64,000 bases of DNA. It comes from Gammaproteobacteria bacterium. GTDB taxonomy: Bacteria > Pseudomonadota > Gammaproteobacteria > GCA-002705445 > GCA-002716945. This document shows positions 1 to 10,553 of the stretch, piece after piece (the stretch's first letter is position 1; each line of letters starts with the position of its first letter). The stretch lies in the NCBI GenBank assembly GCA_038142325.1, contig JAYQJW010000002.1, positions 128,001 to 192,000 on the forward strand, written 5' to 3'. The translations under genes and the position numbers were made by a program. The notes beneath the pieces are model-generated. The model had not been told where the DNA came from. It saw only the letters and a list, made by a program, of their open reading frames with translations, and did no database searches.

Positions 1-138
1 TTAAAATATTTCCATCTATAGAGAATTTCCCATCAGAAAATATTGTCGATGATTGTTCTAAAAATAAATCGCGTTCTTGAGAAACAAATACTTGAAGATA
101 AATTACAATATATGTGGACTTTACGTATTTATAAACAT
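1..138 (-). CDS. possible 5' part of a gene running off the window start (product unknown)
   Basis: Open minus-strand frame (VDVYKYVKSTYIVIYLQVFVSQERDLFLEQSSTIFSDGKFSIDGNIL) reaches the window edge; ATG near 138 is out of frame. Confidence 0.3.
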
Positions 139-176
139 CAACCAGATTCTACTGATATATATAAAATATAATTACA

Positions 177-1109
177 ATGACATATTATGAGATAAAAGAG
201 CCTACTAAAACTCACTATTTGAAAGTTAGCGACCTACACAAAATTTATGTAGAGGAGTATGGTAATCCTGATGGAATTCCAATGTTATTTCTTCATGGTG
301 GTCCAGGAGCTGGTTCCTCACCGATATATCAAAAATACTTTAATCCAAAAAAGTATCATTTGATTATGTTTGATCAAAGAGGTTGCGGTAAATCTATTCC
401 TTATGGTGAGATAAGTGAGAATACGTCTGATGACTTAATCTCAGATATTAATTTGATTTTGGATTACTTTTCAATTGATAAAACTCATGTTTATGGCGGG
501 TCATGGGGATCAACTCTAGCCTTACTGTACGCAGAAGCTAATCCATCTAAAGTTTTGTCTTTAGTTTTGAGAGGTGTATTTTTATGTCGTAAAAAAGATA
601 TTCATTGGTTTTATCAAGAAGGCGCATCACAGATTTATCCTCAATATTGGAAAGAATACGTATCTTTAATAAATCATGAGGATGTTGATAATATTCTAGC
701 GGCATATCACAAAATGATACATTCTAAAGATTTAGATGTATCAAAAAGAGCTTGTAAGGAATGGTCATTGTGGGAAGGTAGATCCTCATGTTTACTCCCA
801 TCAGATGAGGTAATTTCTGCTTTTGATGAGTGCTCAATATCATTAGCTAAAATTGAATCACATTTTTTTATTAATGATTGTTTTATCGAAGAAAATCAAA
901 TTATTAAAAATGTTTCGAAAATACAAGATATCCCTTGCAGGATAGTTCATGGACAATATGATATTGTTTGTCCAATTGAACAAGCATATGAATTGCACAC
1001 AAACTACACTAATTCAGAATTAATAATAGCCAAAGACTGTGGACATTCAGTACTTGAGCCTAACATTAGTTTAGAATTACTGAATATTTTTGACAATGCT
1101 ATTTCATAG
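177..1109 (+). CDS. pip: proline iminopeptidase (alpha/beta hydrolase, S33)
   Basis: LHGGPGAG, FDQRGCGKS and GGSWGSTL nucleophile motifs. Confidence 0.93.
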   Translation: MTYYEIKEPTKTHYLKVSDLHKIYVEEYGNPDGIPMLFLHGGPGAGSSPIYQKYFNPKKYHLIMFDQRGCGKSIPYGEISENTSDDLISDINLILDYFSIDKTHVYGGSWGSTLALLYAEANPSKVLSLVLRGVFLCRKKDIHWFYQEGASQIYPQYWKEYVSLINHEDVDNILAAYHKMIHSKDLDVSKRACKEWSLWEGRSSCLLPSDEVISAFDECSISLAKIESHFFINDCFIEENQIIKNVSKIQDIPCRIVHGQYDIVCPIEQAYELHTNYTNSELIIAKDCGHSVLEPNISLELLNIFDNAIS

Positions 1110-1865
1110 AGCTATTGCTATAACAGGAATATTATATCTCTCTTTGGTTTCAGCATCAGATCTTAGGCAACCAGACTATGAAAGAGAGTCGTTAATTTAT
1201 AATCAAAACTTAACTGACATATTTGATGGCGAGATACAGTTCATAGATTATGAATTTGGCAGATTTCCAGTTATTGAGATTGCTGGCAGTAAAAAAACAG
1301 CTATCCTATATTTACATGGAAGAGGATTAAGTCCAAATGATTATAATCTTGCGTATCCTATTAGAACGCAGCTAAGCGATGCTTACAATACCTTCAGCAT
1401 CCAATTACCTGTTCTTGCAAAAGGAGCTAAATATTATGATTACCTAGAAATATTTTATGATTCTGACCAGAGAATCAAAAGTTCTTTAGAATATATCCAA
1501 AAAAAACATGATAATCTGATAATTATTGCTCACAGTTGTGGAGTTCATATGCTCATGTCATATATTGATAAGTATAATCTTATATCTGGAATCAAGTTAT
1601 TGGTATTAATTGGTAGTGGAGCTGTTGATAAAGGACAAAGCATGCCTAATGAATATCCCTATAAAAAAATTAATATACCAATATTAGATATTTACGGCGA
1701 ATATGATTTTAATTTAGTAATAAAAGAAGCTAATAATCGTTATAAAAATATAAAAAAATATCATCGCTATCTGAACAATATGAAATAAAGTCGTCAAGCC
1801 ATTATCATGAAGATGGTGCAGATAGAATTATTGAAATAGTAAAGAAATGGCTAAGTGATAAATAA
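1090..1865 (+). CDS. exported alpha/beta hydrolase, DUF3530-like (C-terminal frameshift near 1750)
   Basis: Signal peptide, LYLHGRG and IIAHSCG motifs; second frame continues ...SSSHYHEDG...KKWLSDK* to 1865. Confidence 0.65.
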
Positions 1866-1876
1866 TATAATAATAT

Positions 1877-2470
1877 ATGCCCATGAGAAAAATTAACGAA
1901 CATCGTAAAACAAAAGAAACTGATATCAATTTATCGTTAAATCTAGATGGGTCAGGGATAAGTAAATTACAAGCCAATCTTCCCTTTTTAGAGCATATGC
2001 TTGATCAGACTACTAGATATTCATCGATAGACTTAGATCTTAACGCTAAAGGAGATCTGGAAATTGATGCTCATCATACAGTAGAAGATATTGGTATAAC
2101 ACTTGGAGCGGCTTTTGAAAAAGCTTTAGGTGATAAAAAAGGAATACAGAGATTTGGTTATGCATACGTACCTTTAGATGAATCACTATCACGTGTTGTA
2201 ATTGATTTTTCTGGGAGACCTGGATTGATATACAATGTTACTTATCCAAGAGCACGTGTAGGTGAATTTGATGTAGAACTTCTAAGTGAATTTTTTCATG
2301 GTTTTGCTAATCATGCAAAATCAACTATTCATATTGATAATATTAGAGGTAAAAATGCGCACCATATTGCTGAAACAATATTTAAGGCTTTTGGCAAAGC
2401 TCTGAAGATGGCAATAGCTATAGATCAAAATAATATTGATAAAATTCCATCTACCAAAGAATTTCTTTGA
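1877..2470 (+). CDS. hisB: imidazoleglycerol-phosphate dehydratase
   Basis: [29 protein letters not shown] and IPSTK motifs. Confidence 0.96.
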   Translation: MPMRKINEHRKTKETDINLSLNLDGSGISKLQANLPFLEHMLDQTTRYSSIDLDLNAKGDLEIDAHHTVEDIGITLGAAFEKALGDKKGIQRFGYAYVPLDESLSRVVIDFSGRPGLIYNVTYPRARVGEFDVELLSEFFHGFANHAKSTIHIDNIRGKNAHHIAETIFKAFGKALKMAIAIDQNNIDKIPSTKEFL

Positions 2471-3102
2471 TGAATAAAATAGCTGTAATAGATTATGGAA
2501 TGAGTAATCTACATAGTGTAGTCAAAGCTTTTCAAAAAGTTGTTGATAAGAACTACAGCGTATATGTTGCAAATTCTGAAGAGAAGCTGAATAAAGCTTC
2601 CGTGGTCATACTTCCGGGCCAAGGTGCGGTTAAATCGTGCATTGATAGTTTAGCAATTAATTTTCCAAATCTGATTAACACCATATCAAATAAGCCGTTT
2701 TTTGGAATTTGCCTTGGTTTTCAGATTTTGTTTGATAAATCTTTTGAAGATGACGGTGTTGACTGCTTGTCTATTATTAAAGGGGAAGTTAAGTGTTTCT
2801 CTAGTGAAATTAAAAAGAATCTTAAGGTGCCTCACATGGGGTGGAATCAAATTACCCATAATAGTGATCATTTAATATGGCAAAACATACCCAATGAAAC
2901 CTTCTTTTACTTTGTTCATAGTTATTTTGCACAAGCGTGTAACAAAGATGATATATCATCGGTAACTAAATATGATATTCCATTTACGTCATCAGTTACA
3001 AAAGAAAATATTTTTGCATGTCAATTCCACCCAGAGAAAAGTTCTAAATATGGATTAAAACTTATAGAAAACTTTATTAAATGGTCAGAGGTTGAATTGT
3101 GA
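2467..3102 (+). CDS. hisH: imidazole glycerol phosphate synthase glutaminase subunit
   Basis: [22 protein letters not shown] and QFHPEKS motifs. Confidence 0.96.
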   Translation: MMNKIAVIDYGMSNLHSVVKAFQKVVDKNYSVYVANSEEKLNKASVVILPGQGAVKSCIDSLAINFPNLINTISNKPFFGICLGFQILFDKSFEDDGVDCLSIIKGEVKCFSSEIKKNLKVPHMGWNQITHNSDHLIWQNIPNETFFYFVHSYFAQACNKDDISSVTKYDIPFTSSVTKENIFACQFHPEKSSKYGLKLIENFIKWSEVEL

Positions 3103-3824
3103 TCATTTATCCAGCAATTGATATCATTGACGGAAAATGTGTTCGATTATCCCGAGGAGATTATTCAAACAAAACAATCTACTCTGATAATCTTGAGGAA
3201 ATAGCAAGAGACTGGATTGTTAAAGGCACCAATCAACTTCATCTAGTAGATTTAGACGGTGCTAAAGAAGGTTTACCCACTAACAAAAATAAAATAATGA
3301 ATTTAAGGGATATGTTTCCTGAGATATTCATACAAGTTGGAGGAGGAATCAGAGATAACCAGTCTATTGAGTATTATTTAGAAAATGGGATCAATAGAGT
3401 TATTCTTGGTACAAAGATACTTAAAGATAAGGATTTTATTTTTTCAATTGATGCATCACTAAGAAAAAAAATTGCGATAGATATTGCCATAAAAGATGGA
3501 CAGCTTGCTGGTGATGGATGGGAAAATACTCAAAATGAGGAAATTTCTGAGTACATAAAGTTTCTTGAAGGAAATGGTATTGAAGTTTTTATAATTACTG
3601 ACATCAAGAAGGACGGAATGATGCAAGGAATTGATTATGCATCAATAATTGATGTCCTGAGTCATGTTAATACTAAAGCAATAATTTCAGGTGGCGTTAC
3701 CACCATAGATGATGTTCGTGCTATTTGTAAAATGGATAGAACCAAGGTTGATGGGATGATAATTGGAAAAGCATTATATGAGAAGTCAATAAATTTAGAT
3801 GAGGCCATAAATGAGTGTAGCTAA
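3099..3824 (+). CDS. hisA: ProFAR isomerase
   Basis: [24 protein letters not shown] and QVGGGIR motifs. Confidence 0.96.
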   Translation: MIIYPAIDIIDGKCVRLSRGDYSNKTIYSDNLEEIARDWIVKGTNQLHLVDLDGAKEGLPTNKNKIMNLRDMFPEIFIQVGGGIRDNQSIEYYLENGINRVILGTKILKDKDFIFSIDASLRKKIAIDIAIKDGQLAGDGWENTQNEEISEYIKFLEGNGIEVFIITDIKKDGMMQGIDYASIIDVLSHVNTKAIISGGVTTIDDVRAICKMDRTKVDGMIIGKALYEKSINLDEAINECS

Positions 3825-4568
3825 GAGAATAATACCATGTCTAGTTGTTGATAAGGGTAGAGTAGTAAAAGGTGTTAATTTTGTCGATATTATAGATGCA
3901 GGCGACCCAGTTGAGATTGCTAGAGCCTATGATCAGGAAGGAGCTGATGAAATTACTTTTCTTGATATAACTGCTTCACATGAGGGTAGAAAAAATATTA
4001 TTAGCGTTGTTGAAAGCGTTGCTAATGAGGTATTTATCCCTCTTACGGTGGGTGGCGGTGTGAAAAACTTCATTGACGTAAGAGATTTATTGTCTGCTGG
4101 TGCTGATAAGATCACAATCAACACTGCAGCTGTCATGAATCCAGATTTAATAAACCAAGTTACAGATAAGATTGGTAGGCAATGTATTGTTGTTGCTGTA
4201 GATGTAAAAAAAAAATTAATGATGATTATTTTGTCTTCACGCACGGTGGAAGAAAACGAACTGATATCAAAGCTATAGATTGGTGTATTGAGTGCCAAGA
4301 AAGAGGTGCCGGAGGATTACTTGTTACGAGCATGGATAAAGATGGAACAAAATCTGGTTTCGACATTAATATTCTCAGTCAGATATCAAAAATCACAAAT
4401 ATACCTATTATTGCTTCTGGTGGAGCTGGCGATTTGAATCATTTTTACGATGCTATAGAATTAGGAAAAGTAGATGCTGTATTAGCTGCTAGCGTTTTTC
4501 ATTTCGGAGAGTATAGTATTCATCAGGTAAAAAATTTTCTTAAAGATAAAGGAATTTTTATGAGATGA
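3811..4568 (+). CDS. hisF: imidazole glycerol phosphate synthase cyclase subunit (frameshift in A-run near 4210)
   Basis: KRIIPCL...GRVVKGVNF in ORF 3811-4278; [20 protein letters not shown] and AASVFH in ORF 4182-4568. Confidence 0.95.
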
Positions 4569-4584
4569 TACAGGATAAGATTAA

Positions 4585-4899
4585 ATGGCAGATATCATAG
4601 ATCAACTAGAGCAGGTTCTTGATGAGAGAAAAGATGTAGAATCTGATAACTCTTATGTCGCCTCCTTATACAGTAAAGGCAATGGTTATATATGTGATAA
4701 AATTCTTGAGGAGGCATCTGAATTAGTAGAGGCATCAGAAGACACTACACAACGAGTTGTCCATGAAACTGCAGACTTATTGTTTCATGTGTTAGTTTTA
4801 TTAGCGTCACGAGATATTAAATATGCTAGGATAAAGGAAGAGCTTGAACGTAGATTTGGAACGTCTGGCATTGATGAGAAAAATAATAGAAATAATTGA
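4585..4899 (+). CDS. hisE: phosphoribosyl-ATP pyrophosphatase
   Basis: SYVASL, KILEEASE and HETADLLFH motifs; C-terminal RRFGTSGIDEK. Confidence 0.93.
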   Translation: MADIIDQLEQVLDERKDVESDNSYVASLYSKGNGYICDKILEEASELVEASEDTTQRVVHETADLLFHVLVLLASRDIKYARIKEELERRFGTSGIDEKNNRNN

Positions 4900-4908
4900 G
4901 GATTTAAT

Positions 4909-5098
4909 ATGCTAAGTGGTATTTCTCCATGGTCAATATTACTTATATTAATTATCGTTGTAGTTTTATTTGGCACTAAAAAAGTTAAGAAATATAGGTT
5001 CGGACTTAGGTGCAGCAATGAAAAGTTTTAAAAAATCGTCACGCGATGAGACAGCAAATAATAAAAGTATAGACGATAATAATCATAATAATACTTAG
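4909..5098 (+). CDS. tatA: twin-arginine translocase TatA (missed by ORF track; frameshift in A-run near 4980)
   Basis: MLSGISPWSILLILIIVVVLFGTKK then LRNIGSDLGAAMKSFKK after removing one A; GAGGA SD; directly upstream of tatB. Confidence 0.92.
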
Positions 5099-5100
5099 AA

Positions 5101-5373
5101 ATGTTCGATATAGGTTTTTGGGAGTTATTTTTTTTATTCCTTTTGGCGCTTTTTGTTCTTGGCCCTGAAAAGTTACCCGTTGTTGCCTCTTATCTTGGTA
5201 AACAATTCGGAAGGATACAGAAATATTTCAGCCATGTAAAAAATCAAATTGATGATGAGGTTGATAATACTGATATAAAATCAATATTAAAAGATCTGGA
5301 ATTGTCGATCTCCGAGCTGCAAAAACGAATCAAAGAAACACAAGATGCCGACAGAACAGACAAATCAAAATAA
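5101..5373 (+). CDS. tatB: twin-arginine translocase TatB
   Basis: MFDIGFWEL...LGPEKLP. Confidence 0.95.
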   Translation: MFDIGFWELFFLFLLALFVLGPEKLPVVASYLGKQFGRIQKYFSHVKNQIDDEVDNTDIKSILKDLELSISELQKRIKETQDADRTDKSK

Positions 5374-6097
5374 AAGTTCATTTATACCCCATCTACTTGA
5401 ACTAAGAGGAAGATTAACCAAGATACTACTTTTCGTATTAGTTATTTTTGTTTTACTCATACCATTCTCTGGTGATATTTATAACCTATTGTCTGTACCT
5501 CTACTTAATGCATTACCAGATGGAAGTGAAATGATTGCTATAGATGTTGCATCACCATTTCTGATACCGTTTAAGCTTGTAATATATTTATCAATTTTTA
5601 TCACGATACCTTACATCCTCTATCACCTGTGGTCTTTTATTGCACCAGGTTTATATACACATGAAAAAAAATTGGTTTTCCCTCTAATTGTGTCAAGTAG
5701 TTTTTTATTTTATCTGGGTGCCTTGTTTGCATATTTTGTTGTCTTCCCATTAATATTTGTTTTCTTTATAGGCATAGCGCCGACAGATGTAGCTGTAATG
5801 ACCGATATTGGAAGATATCTTGACTTTGTAATCGCACTATTTTTCGCATTTGGTTTTTCTTTTGAAGTTCCCATTGTCACTGTACTTCTTATTACATCAG
5901 GAATTACTACTAGAGAAAAATTATCCGCAAAGAGACCATATATTATCGTAGGTGCTTTTACTTTAGGGATGTTATTAACACCACCTGATGTAATTTCACA
6001 AATATTATTAGCGTTACCAATGTGGTTCTTATATGAGTTAGGTTTATATTTTTCTAAATATTTTCAAAGTAAGAAACTTTTCAAAACAAAAAGATAA
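5345..6097 (+). CDS. tatC: twin-arginine translocase TatC
   Basis: HLLELRGRL, FIAPGLY, FEVP and LTPPDVISQ motifs. Confidence 0.96.
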   Translation: MPTEQTNQNKSSFIPHLLELRGRLTKILLFVLVIFVLLIPFSGDIYNLLSVPLLNALPDGSEMIAIDVASPFLIPFKLVIYLSIFITIPYILYHLWSFIAPGLYTHEKKLVFPLIVSSSFLFYLGALFAYFVVFPLIFVFFIGIAPTDVAVMTDIGRYLDFVIALFFAFGFSFEVPIVTVLLITSGITTREKLSAKRPYIIVGAFTLGMLLTPPDVISQILLALPMWFLYELGLYFSKYFQSKKLFKTKR

Positions 6098-6127
6098 CGA
6101 AGTGTATAATGATATTGCAAAATAGTT

Positions 6128-6681
6128 ATGACTGAAGCCAAAAGAAAGATCTGGTTTGTGCGACATGCGCAATCTGAATACAATAAGAAACATCTTTTTA
6201 CTGGCTGGCACGATCCCAATCTCACAAAGATAAAGGCATAGAGGCAGCATTAAATTTAAGAGAAGAACTTTCGCCAATAGATTTTAATTATGTTTTTTGT
6301 TCTCCCTTAAAAAGGGCTTCACAAACAGTACAGCGTATTACAGACAAGGATAAAGTAATTTATGATGATCGTCTTAAAGAAAGGAGTTATGGTGATTGGG
6401 CTGGTTTAAACAAGACTGAAATTAAGGAAAAGGTTGGAGAAGATTTATTTTTATCAGCACGTCGTGGATGGAGTACTAAACCTCCTAATGGGGAAAGTCT
6501 TGAAGATGTAAGCAAAAGAGTAAAGAGTTTCTTAGATGCTCTCCCAGATGTAGGTAATATTTTAGTAGTTTCACATGGAAATACGATAAGGGCCATAAGT
6601 GTTCTTTTAGGTATTAATAAAAAGGAAGACATTTCTTCTTATGAGATTGTTACAGGTAGTTATTTACTAGTTGATAAATAG
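6128..6681 (+). CDS. gpmA: histidine phosphatase family, probable 2,3-BPG-dependent phosphoglycerate mutase (missed by ORF track; frameshifted near 6230)
   Basis: IWFVRHAQSEYNKKHLFTGWHDPNL, FCSPLKRA, LKERSYGDWAGLNK, PPNGESL and VVSHGNTIR read by hand. Confidence 0.82.
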
Positions 6682-6705
6682 AGCTAACTTCATGTTAGCT
6701 CTATT
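6677..6705. terminator. bidirectional intrinsic terminator between convergent gpmA and DUF3050 gene
   Basis: Perfect 12-bp inverted repeat AATAGAGCTAAC-ttcat-GTTAGCTCTATT. Confidence 0.7.
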
Positions 6706-6743
6706 ATACGGAGGAGGTTGTATATAAGTATATTAACATATAG

Positions 6744-7518
6744 TTATACATATTCAAGTCTAATTTGTGCATAGACTCTATCCCAAACCTTTAGTCTCAA
6801 CTCGAGAGATGTGACTGCTGAACTATATGCTGTACACATTAATGTAGGAGTATCGCAAACGTTATTAAGAAGAGATAGAGATAATGGCCCATGTCTTTCA
6901 CCATCAACAACTATATGCCTTTCCAAATACGCTTTTAAGTATTTTATTTTTTTATCATTATTGAGTGACTGTAAAATATATTTAAACATATTTGGTATTA
7001 CTTTTTCTCTACCAAGTGTAAATACACCAACAAGCTGAGCTAAGCTGCCAGATGAAGCTATCCTTAAATCATGTTTTAAAAAATCCTTAACTTCTTTGTA
7101 GATATTTATTTTTTTTAGGTTAGAGACAATGTTGTTATTATTTTTCATAAGTTTTATAAATTTCATTAATTCATTTGGATTCGCATTAATGTTTTTCATA
7201 GCAAGCATGTAAATTTCAAAATGTGATATGTAACCAATTCCATCAATGTAATCAGATTCTTCACCTAAAATAATCTCATTGACAAAGTTAGCTAATCCAT
7301 TTCTTGTATTTGTATTCGGTATCCATGGGATATTTTGAGGAGTTATTTTTATTTGTATTTTTTTTAGCAAACTCATGAAACCCCAAACAGCAAAAATATG
7401 AGCTTCCATGAAGAGTTTTAATTCATTTTTATCTAAATTATTTTTGAATAGCGGATGTTTATTGATCCTCATCTTTCAAAGAGGCAAGTTCTTTTTTATG
7501 ATTTTGAAGACTATCCAT
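6744..7518 (-). CDS. DUF3050 family heme-oxygenase-like (putative diiron) protein; N-terminus probably frameshifted
   Basis: FMEAHIFAVWGFMSLLK, NEIILGEESD, SHFEIY and YLERHIVVDGERHGPL motifs; upstream ATG at 7518. Confidence 0.8.
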
Positions 7519-7527
7519 ATCTTGTAA

Positions 7528-7601
7528 TGGGCCCGGCAGGACTCGAACCTGCGACCAATGGATTATGAGTCCACTGCTCTAACCAACTGAGCTACAGGCC
7601 C
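7528..7601 (-). tRNA. tRNA with CAU anticodon, most likely tRNA-Ile2 (lysidine); CCA not encoded
   Basis: GGGCCTGTAGCTCAGTTGGTTAGAGCAGTGGACTCATAATCCATTGGTCGCAGGTTCGAGTCCTGCCGGGCCCA folds as a cloverleaf; Ile2-like sequence; position downstream of rpoD as for ileX. Confidence 0.93.
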
Positions 7602-7609
7602 TTGATTAA

Positions 7610-8076
7610 TTATAAAATCATATTTCTCTTTTTCCGTATGTATTTTTGATGGTATTCCTCTGCAATCCAGAAACTTTTTGCCATCGATACTAGCAGTTAC
7701 AATTTTATTATTATATTTTTCTGCATTAATTTGTCTAATATAGGCATCAGCTATCAAATATTGATCATCATCTAAACAGAAAATTTCTGATCTATATTGA
7801 GTCCCTATATCCGGACCCTGTCTATTTAGTGTAGTTGGGTCATGGATTGAAAAAAATAACTCTAATAAGTCTCGTGTATTTTATTTTATTATCATCGAAC
7901 TTTATTCTGACAGCTTCTGCCTGTTCAGTTGTCCCACTACAGACATCATGATATGTTGGATTTTCAGTTATGCCACCTGTGTAACCAACTTCTGTTTCTA
8001 AAACACCTGGATAGGATAAGAATTTTTCTTCTATTCCCCAAAAGCATCCTGCAGCAAATATTGCTAAATTAGTCAT
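7610..8076 (-). CDS. msrA: peptide methionine sulfoxide reductase A (two frameshifts)
   Basis: [26 protein letters not shown] and [11 protein letters not shown] motifs spread over three frames. Confidence 0.92.
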
Positions 8077-9883
8077 TATCGAGAAAGCTCTTAAGGTTCT
8101 GTGCTCTCGACGGATGTCTAAGTTTTCTTAGCGCTTTGGCTTCAATTTGTCTTATTCTCTCTCTTGTTACGTCAAATTGTTTGCCAACTTCTTCAAGTGT
8201 ATGATCAGTATTCATGTCAATGCCGAATCTCATTCTCAACACTTTTGCCTCTCTAGGAGTCAAACTGGATAATATGTCATGAGTTGAATCTGAGAGATCT
8301 TTATTTATTGTTTTATCAAGTGGCTTCTCTGCATTTTCATCTTCGATAAAATCACCTAAATGAGAATCCTCATCATCACCCACAGGTGACTCCATAGATA
8401 TTGGTTCCTTTGCAATTTTAAGAACTCTTCTAACTTTCTCTTCAGTCATGTCCATATGTTCTGCTAATTCTTCAGGCGTTGCTTCTTTACCATTTTCCTG
8501 AAGTAATTTTCGTTGGATTCTATTCAGTTTATTAATGGTTTCGATCATATGCACTGGTATTCTTATTGTTCTTGCTTGATCAGCTATTGACCTTGTAATT
8601 GCTTGCCTAATCCACCATGTTGCATATGTTGAGAACTTATACCCGCGCCTGTATTCAAACTTATCAACTGCTTTCATTAAACCAATATTGCCTTCTTGAA
8701 TTAAATCAAGAAATTGTAGGCCACGATTCGTGTATTTTTTAGCAATTGATATCACTAGTCTAAGGTTAGCTTCTACCATTTCTTTTTTTGCATTTCTCTC
8801 TTTTATTTCACCAGATCTTCTATCTTTGTTTATAATTTTGATATCTTGAATTGTTAGCTTTTGGTTATTTTCAATTAATACTAATTTTTTATTTATCTTA
8901 GAAAATTCTTTTTTAAATAATTCTTTATCAGTTGAGGTTTTAAGATGACTATTTAGAATCTGATTTAAGATATCAATATTTGTCTCATTATTTTTAAATA
9001 TTTTTAAGAATTCCTTTTTATTTAATGTTGTATATTCCGTACATAAGGAATATAAATCTTTTTCATATTTTGCTATATCAGATGATATATTCTCGATTCT
9101 TCCTGTTAGCTTTTCTATAAATAGACTTGTAAATTTAAAAGTAGATAATTCTTTCTTAATATTATCAAATAACTTATCAGCTTTTTTTTGATCCTTTTGA
9201 GATTTAAACTTTTCGTAATTCTCTTTAATGAATATTATCTTTTGTCTTACAAGTTCTTGATCAATTGAATTGTCAACTATTTCGTCATCAGAATCTTCTA
9301 TATCATCATCTTCTGGAATCTGCTCTGTTTTAAATTCTTCACCATGTTTTTCTTTAACATCAAGAATGTAATCTGATATTAGGGATTCAATTTCTTCATC
9401 ATCCTTAAATATTTTTAAAAAAAAGTTTATGGATTCTGGAAATTTTTGTATTGCTTGATAAATTAATTTTTGTCCCTCTTCAATTTTTTTTGCAATCACT
9501 ATTTCGCCAGCACGATTTAATAGCTCTACAGTGCCCATCTCTCTCATATACATTCTTACTGGGTCTGATGTTCTTCCAAATTCTTCGTCTAAATTAGACA
9601 AAACTTCAACAGCTTCTTGTTCTGTTATCTCATTATCATCGTCGTCTGACAATTCATCGTCACTGAGCACAACCTCTGTTTCAATATCCTTATTGCTTTC
9701 GACAACTTTAATTTTAAGGTCAGTTATTAACTTGATAATTCCATCAATCTGATCGCTGTCATAAGAATTTGTTGGAAGTAAATCATTTATCTCGCTAAGT
9801 GTTAAAAACCCTTGGTTTCTACCTTTCTCTATTAGATCTTTTATCTCTTTTTGTTTGCTTTTAGATAAATTATTGTTTGGCAT
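8069..9883 (-). CDS. rpoD: RNA polymerase primary sigma factor sigma70
   Basis: Region 1.1, [38 protein letters not shown] and [20 protein letters not shown]. Confidence 0.98.
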   Translation of the reverse strand: MPNNNLSKSKQKEIKDLIEKGRNQGFLTLSEINDLLPTNSYDSDQIDGIIKLITDLKIKVVESNKDIETEVVLSDDELSDDDDNEITEQEAVEVLSNLDEEFGRTSDPVRMYMREMGTVELLNRAGEIVIAKKIEEGQKLIYQAIQKFPESINFFLKIFKDDEEIESLISDYILDVKEKHGEEFKTEQIPEDDDIEDSDDEIVDNSIDQELVRQKIIFIKENYEKFKSQKDQKKADKLFDNIKKELSTFKFTSLFIEKLTGRIENISSDIAKYEKDLYSLCTEYTTLNKKEFLKIFKNNETNIDILNQILNSHLKTSTDKELFKKEFSKINKKLVLIENNQKLTIQDIKIINKDRRSGEIKERNAKKEMVEANLRLVISIAKKYTNRGLQFLDLIQEGNIGLMKAVDKFEYRRGYKFSTYATWWIRQAITRSIADQARTIRIPVHMIETINKLNRIQRKLLQENGKEATPEELAEHMDMTEEKVRRVLKIAKEPISMESPVGDDEDSHLGDFIEDENAEKPLDKTINKDLSDSTHDILSSLTPREAKVLRMRFGIDMNTDHTLEEVGKQFDVTRERIRQIEAKALRKLRHPSRAQNLKSFLDND

Positions 9884-10000
9884 TGATATATTCTTCTGTG
9901 AAAGTGAGCTATTATATCATCAATAGTTTTGTATATAATAGCAAATTTAAACTAATTCCTACTAAATCTAGGGATGAATAACTTTTTTTCAAGATACTAG

Positions 10001-10552
10001 ATGGTTGAAACTTACACACCGGTTTGTGATTTAGATGTAAAAGCCTCCTCATTTGAGCTTAAGGGCGTAGATGGAAATCTATATACTTTGGATAGTTTGA
10101 TAGGCACTAAAGCTACCTTAATAATGTTCATATGTAATCATTGCCCATATGTTAAATCCATACTTGAGCAATTAGTTGTTGAAGTAAGCGTCATGCAAAA
10201 GAAGGGAATCAGCTGTGTTGCTATAAACTCAAATGATTATGATCAATATCCAGATGACTCTTTTGAAAATATGAAAATAATCTCTAAAAAATTTGGTTTT
10301 AGTTTCCCTTACCTTCTTGATGAAACTCAAAAAGTAGCACAAGAGTACAAGGCAGTTTGTACCCCTGACTTTTTTGGTTTCGATCAAAAGCTTAATCTTC
10401 TGTATCGTGGTAGATTTGATGATAGGAAAATGTCTAAGCAAATGTCCGCAAATTCAAGCGAACTATTTAAAGGTATGATTGAAATTGCTCGAACAGGCAA
10501 ACAGCCGATAAATCAGATACCTAGTGTAGGGTGCTCAATCAAATGGAGATAA
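10001..10552 (+). CDS. thioredoxin-fold redoxin (AhpC/TSA-like)
   Basis: [17 protein letters not shown] and PSVGCSIKW motifs. Confidence 0.88.
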   Translation: MVETYTPVCDLDVKASSFELKGVDGNLYTLDSLIGTKATLIMFICNHCPYVKSILEQLVVEVSVMQKKGISCVAINSNDYDQYPDDSFENMKIISKKFGFSFPYLLDETQKVAQEYKAVCTPDFFGFDQKLNLLYRGRFDDRKMSKQMSANSSELFKGMIEIARTGKQPINQIPSVGCSIKWR

Positions 10553-10553
10553 T

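Noticed and set aside
3841-3849. HisF catalytic Asp replaced by Val (PCLVV), and a similar D-to-V change in the YyaL-like protein (IKVVREE)
   Set aside because: Single A-to-T changes in an error-prone read; not interpretable without polishing.
7519-7601. Integrative element at the tRNA
   Set aside because: No integrase and no duplicated tRNA 3' end (att repeat) was seen in the window.
7563-7757. 64-aa ORF overlapping the tRNA
   Set aside because: It is a frameshifted middle segment of msrA running through into the tRNA.
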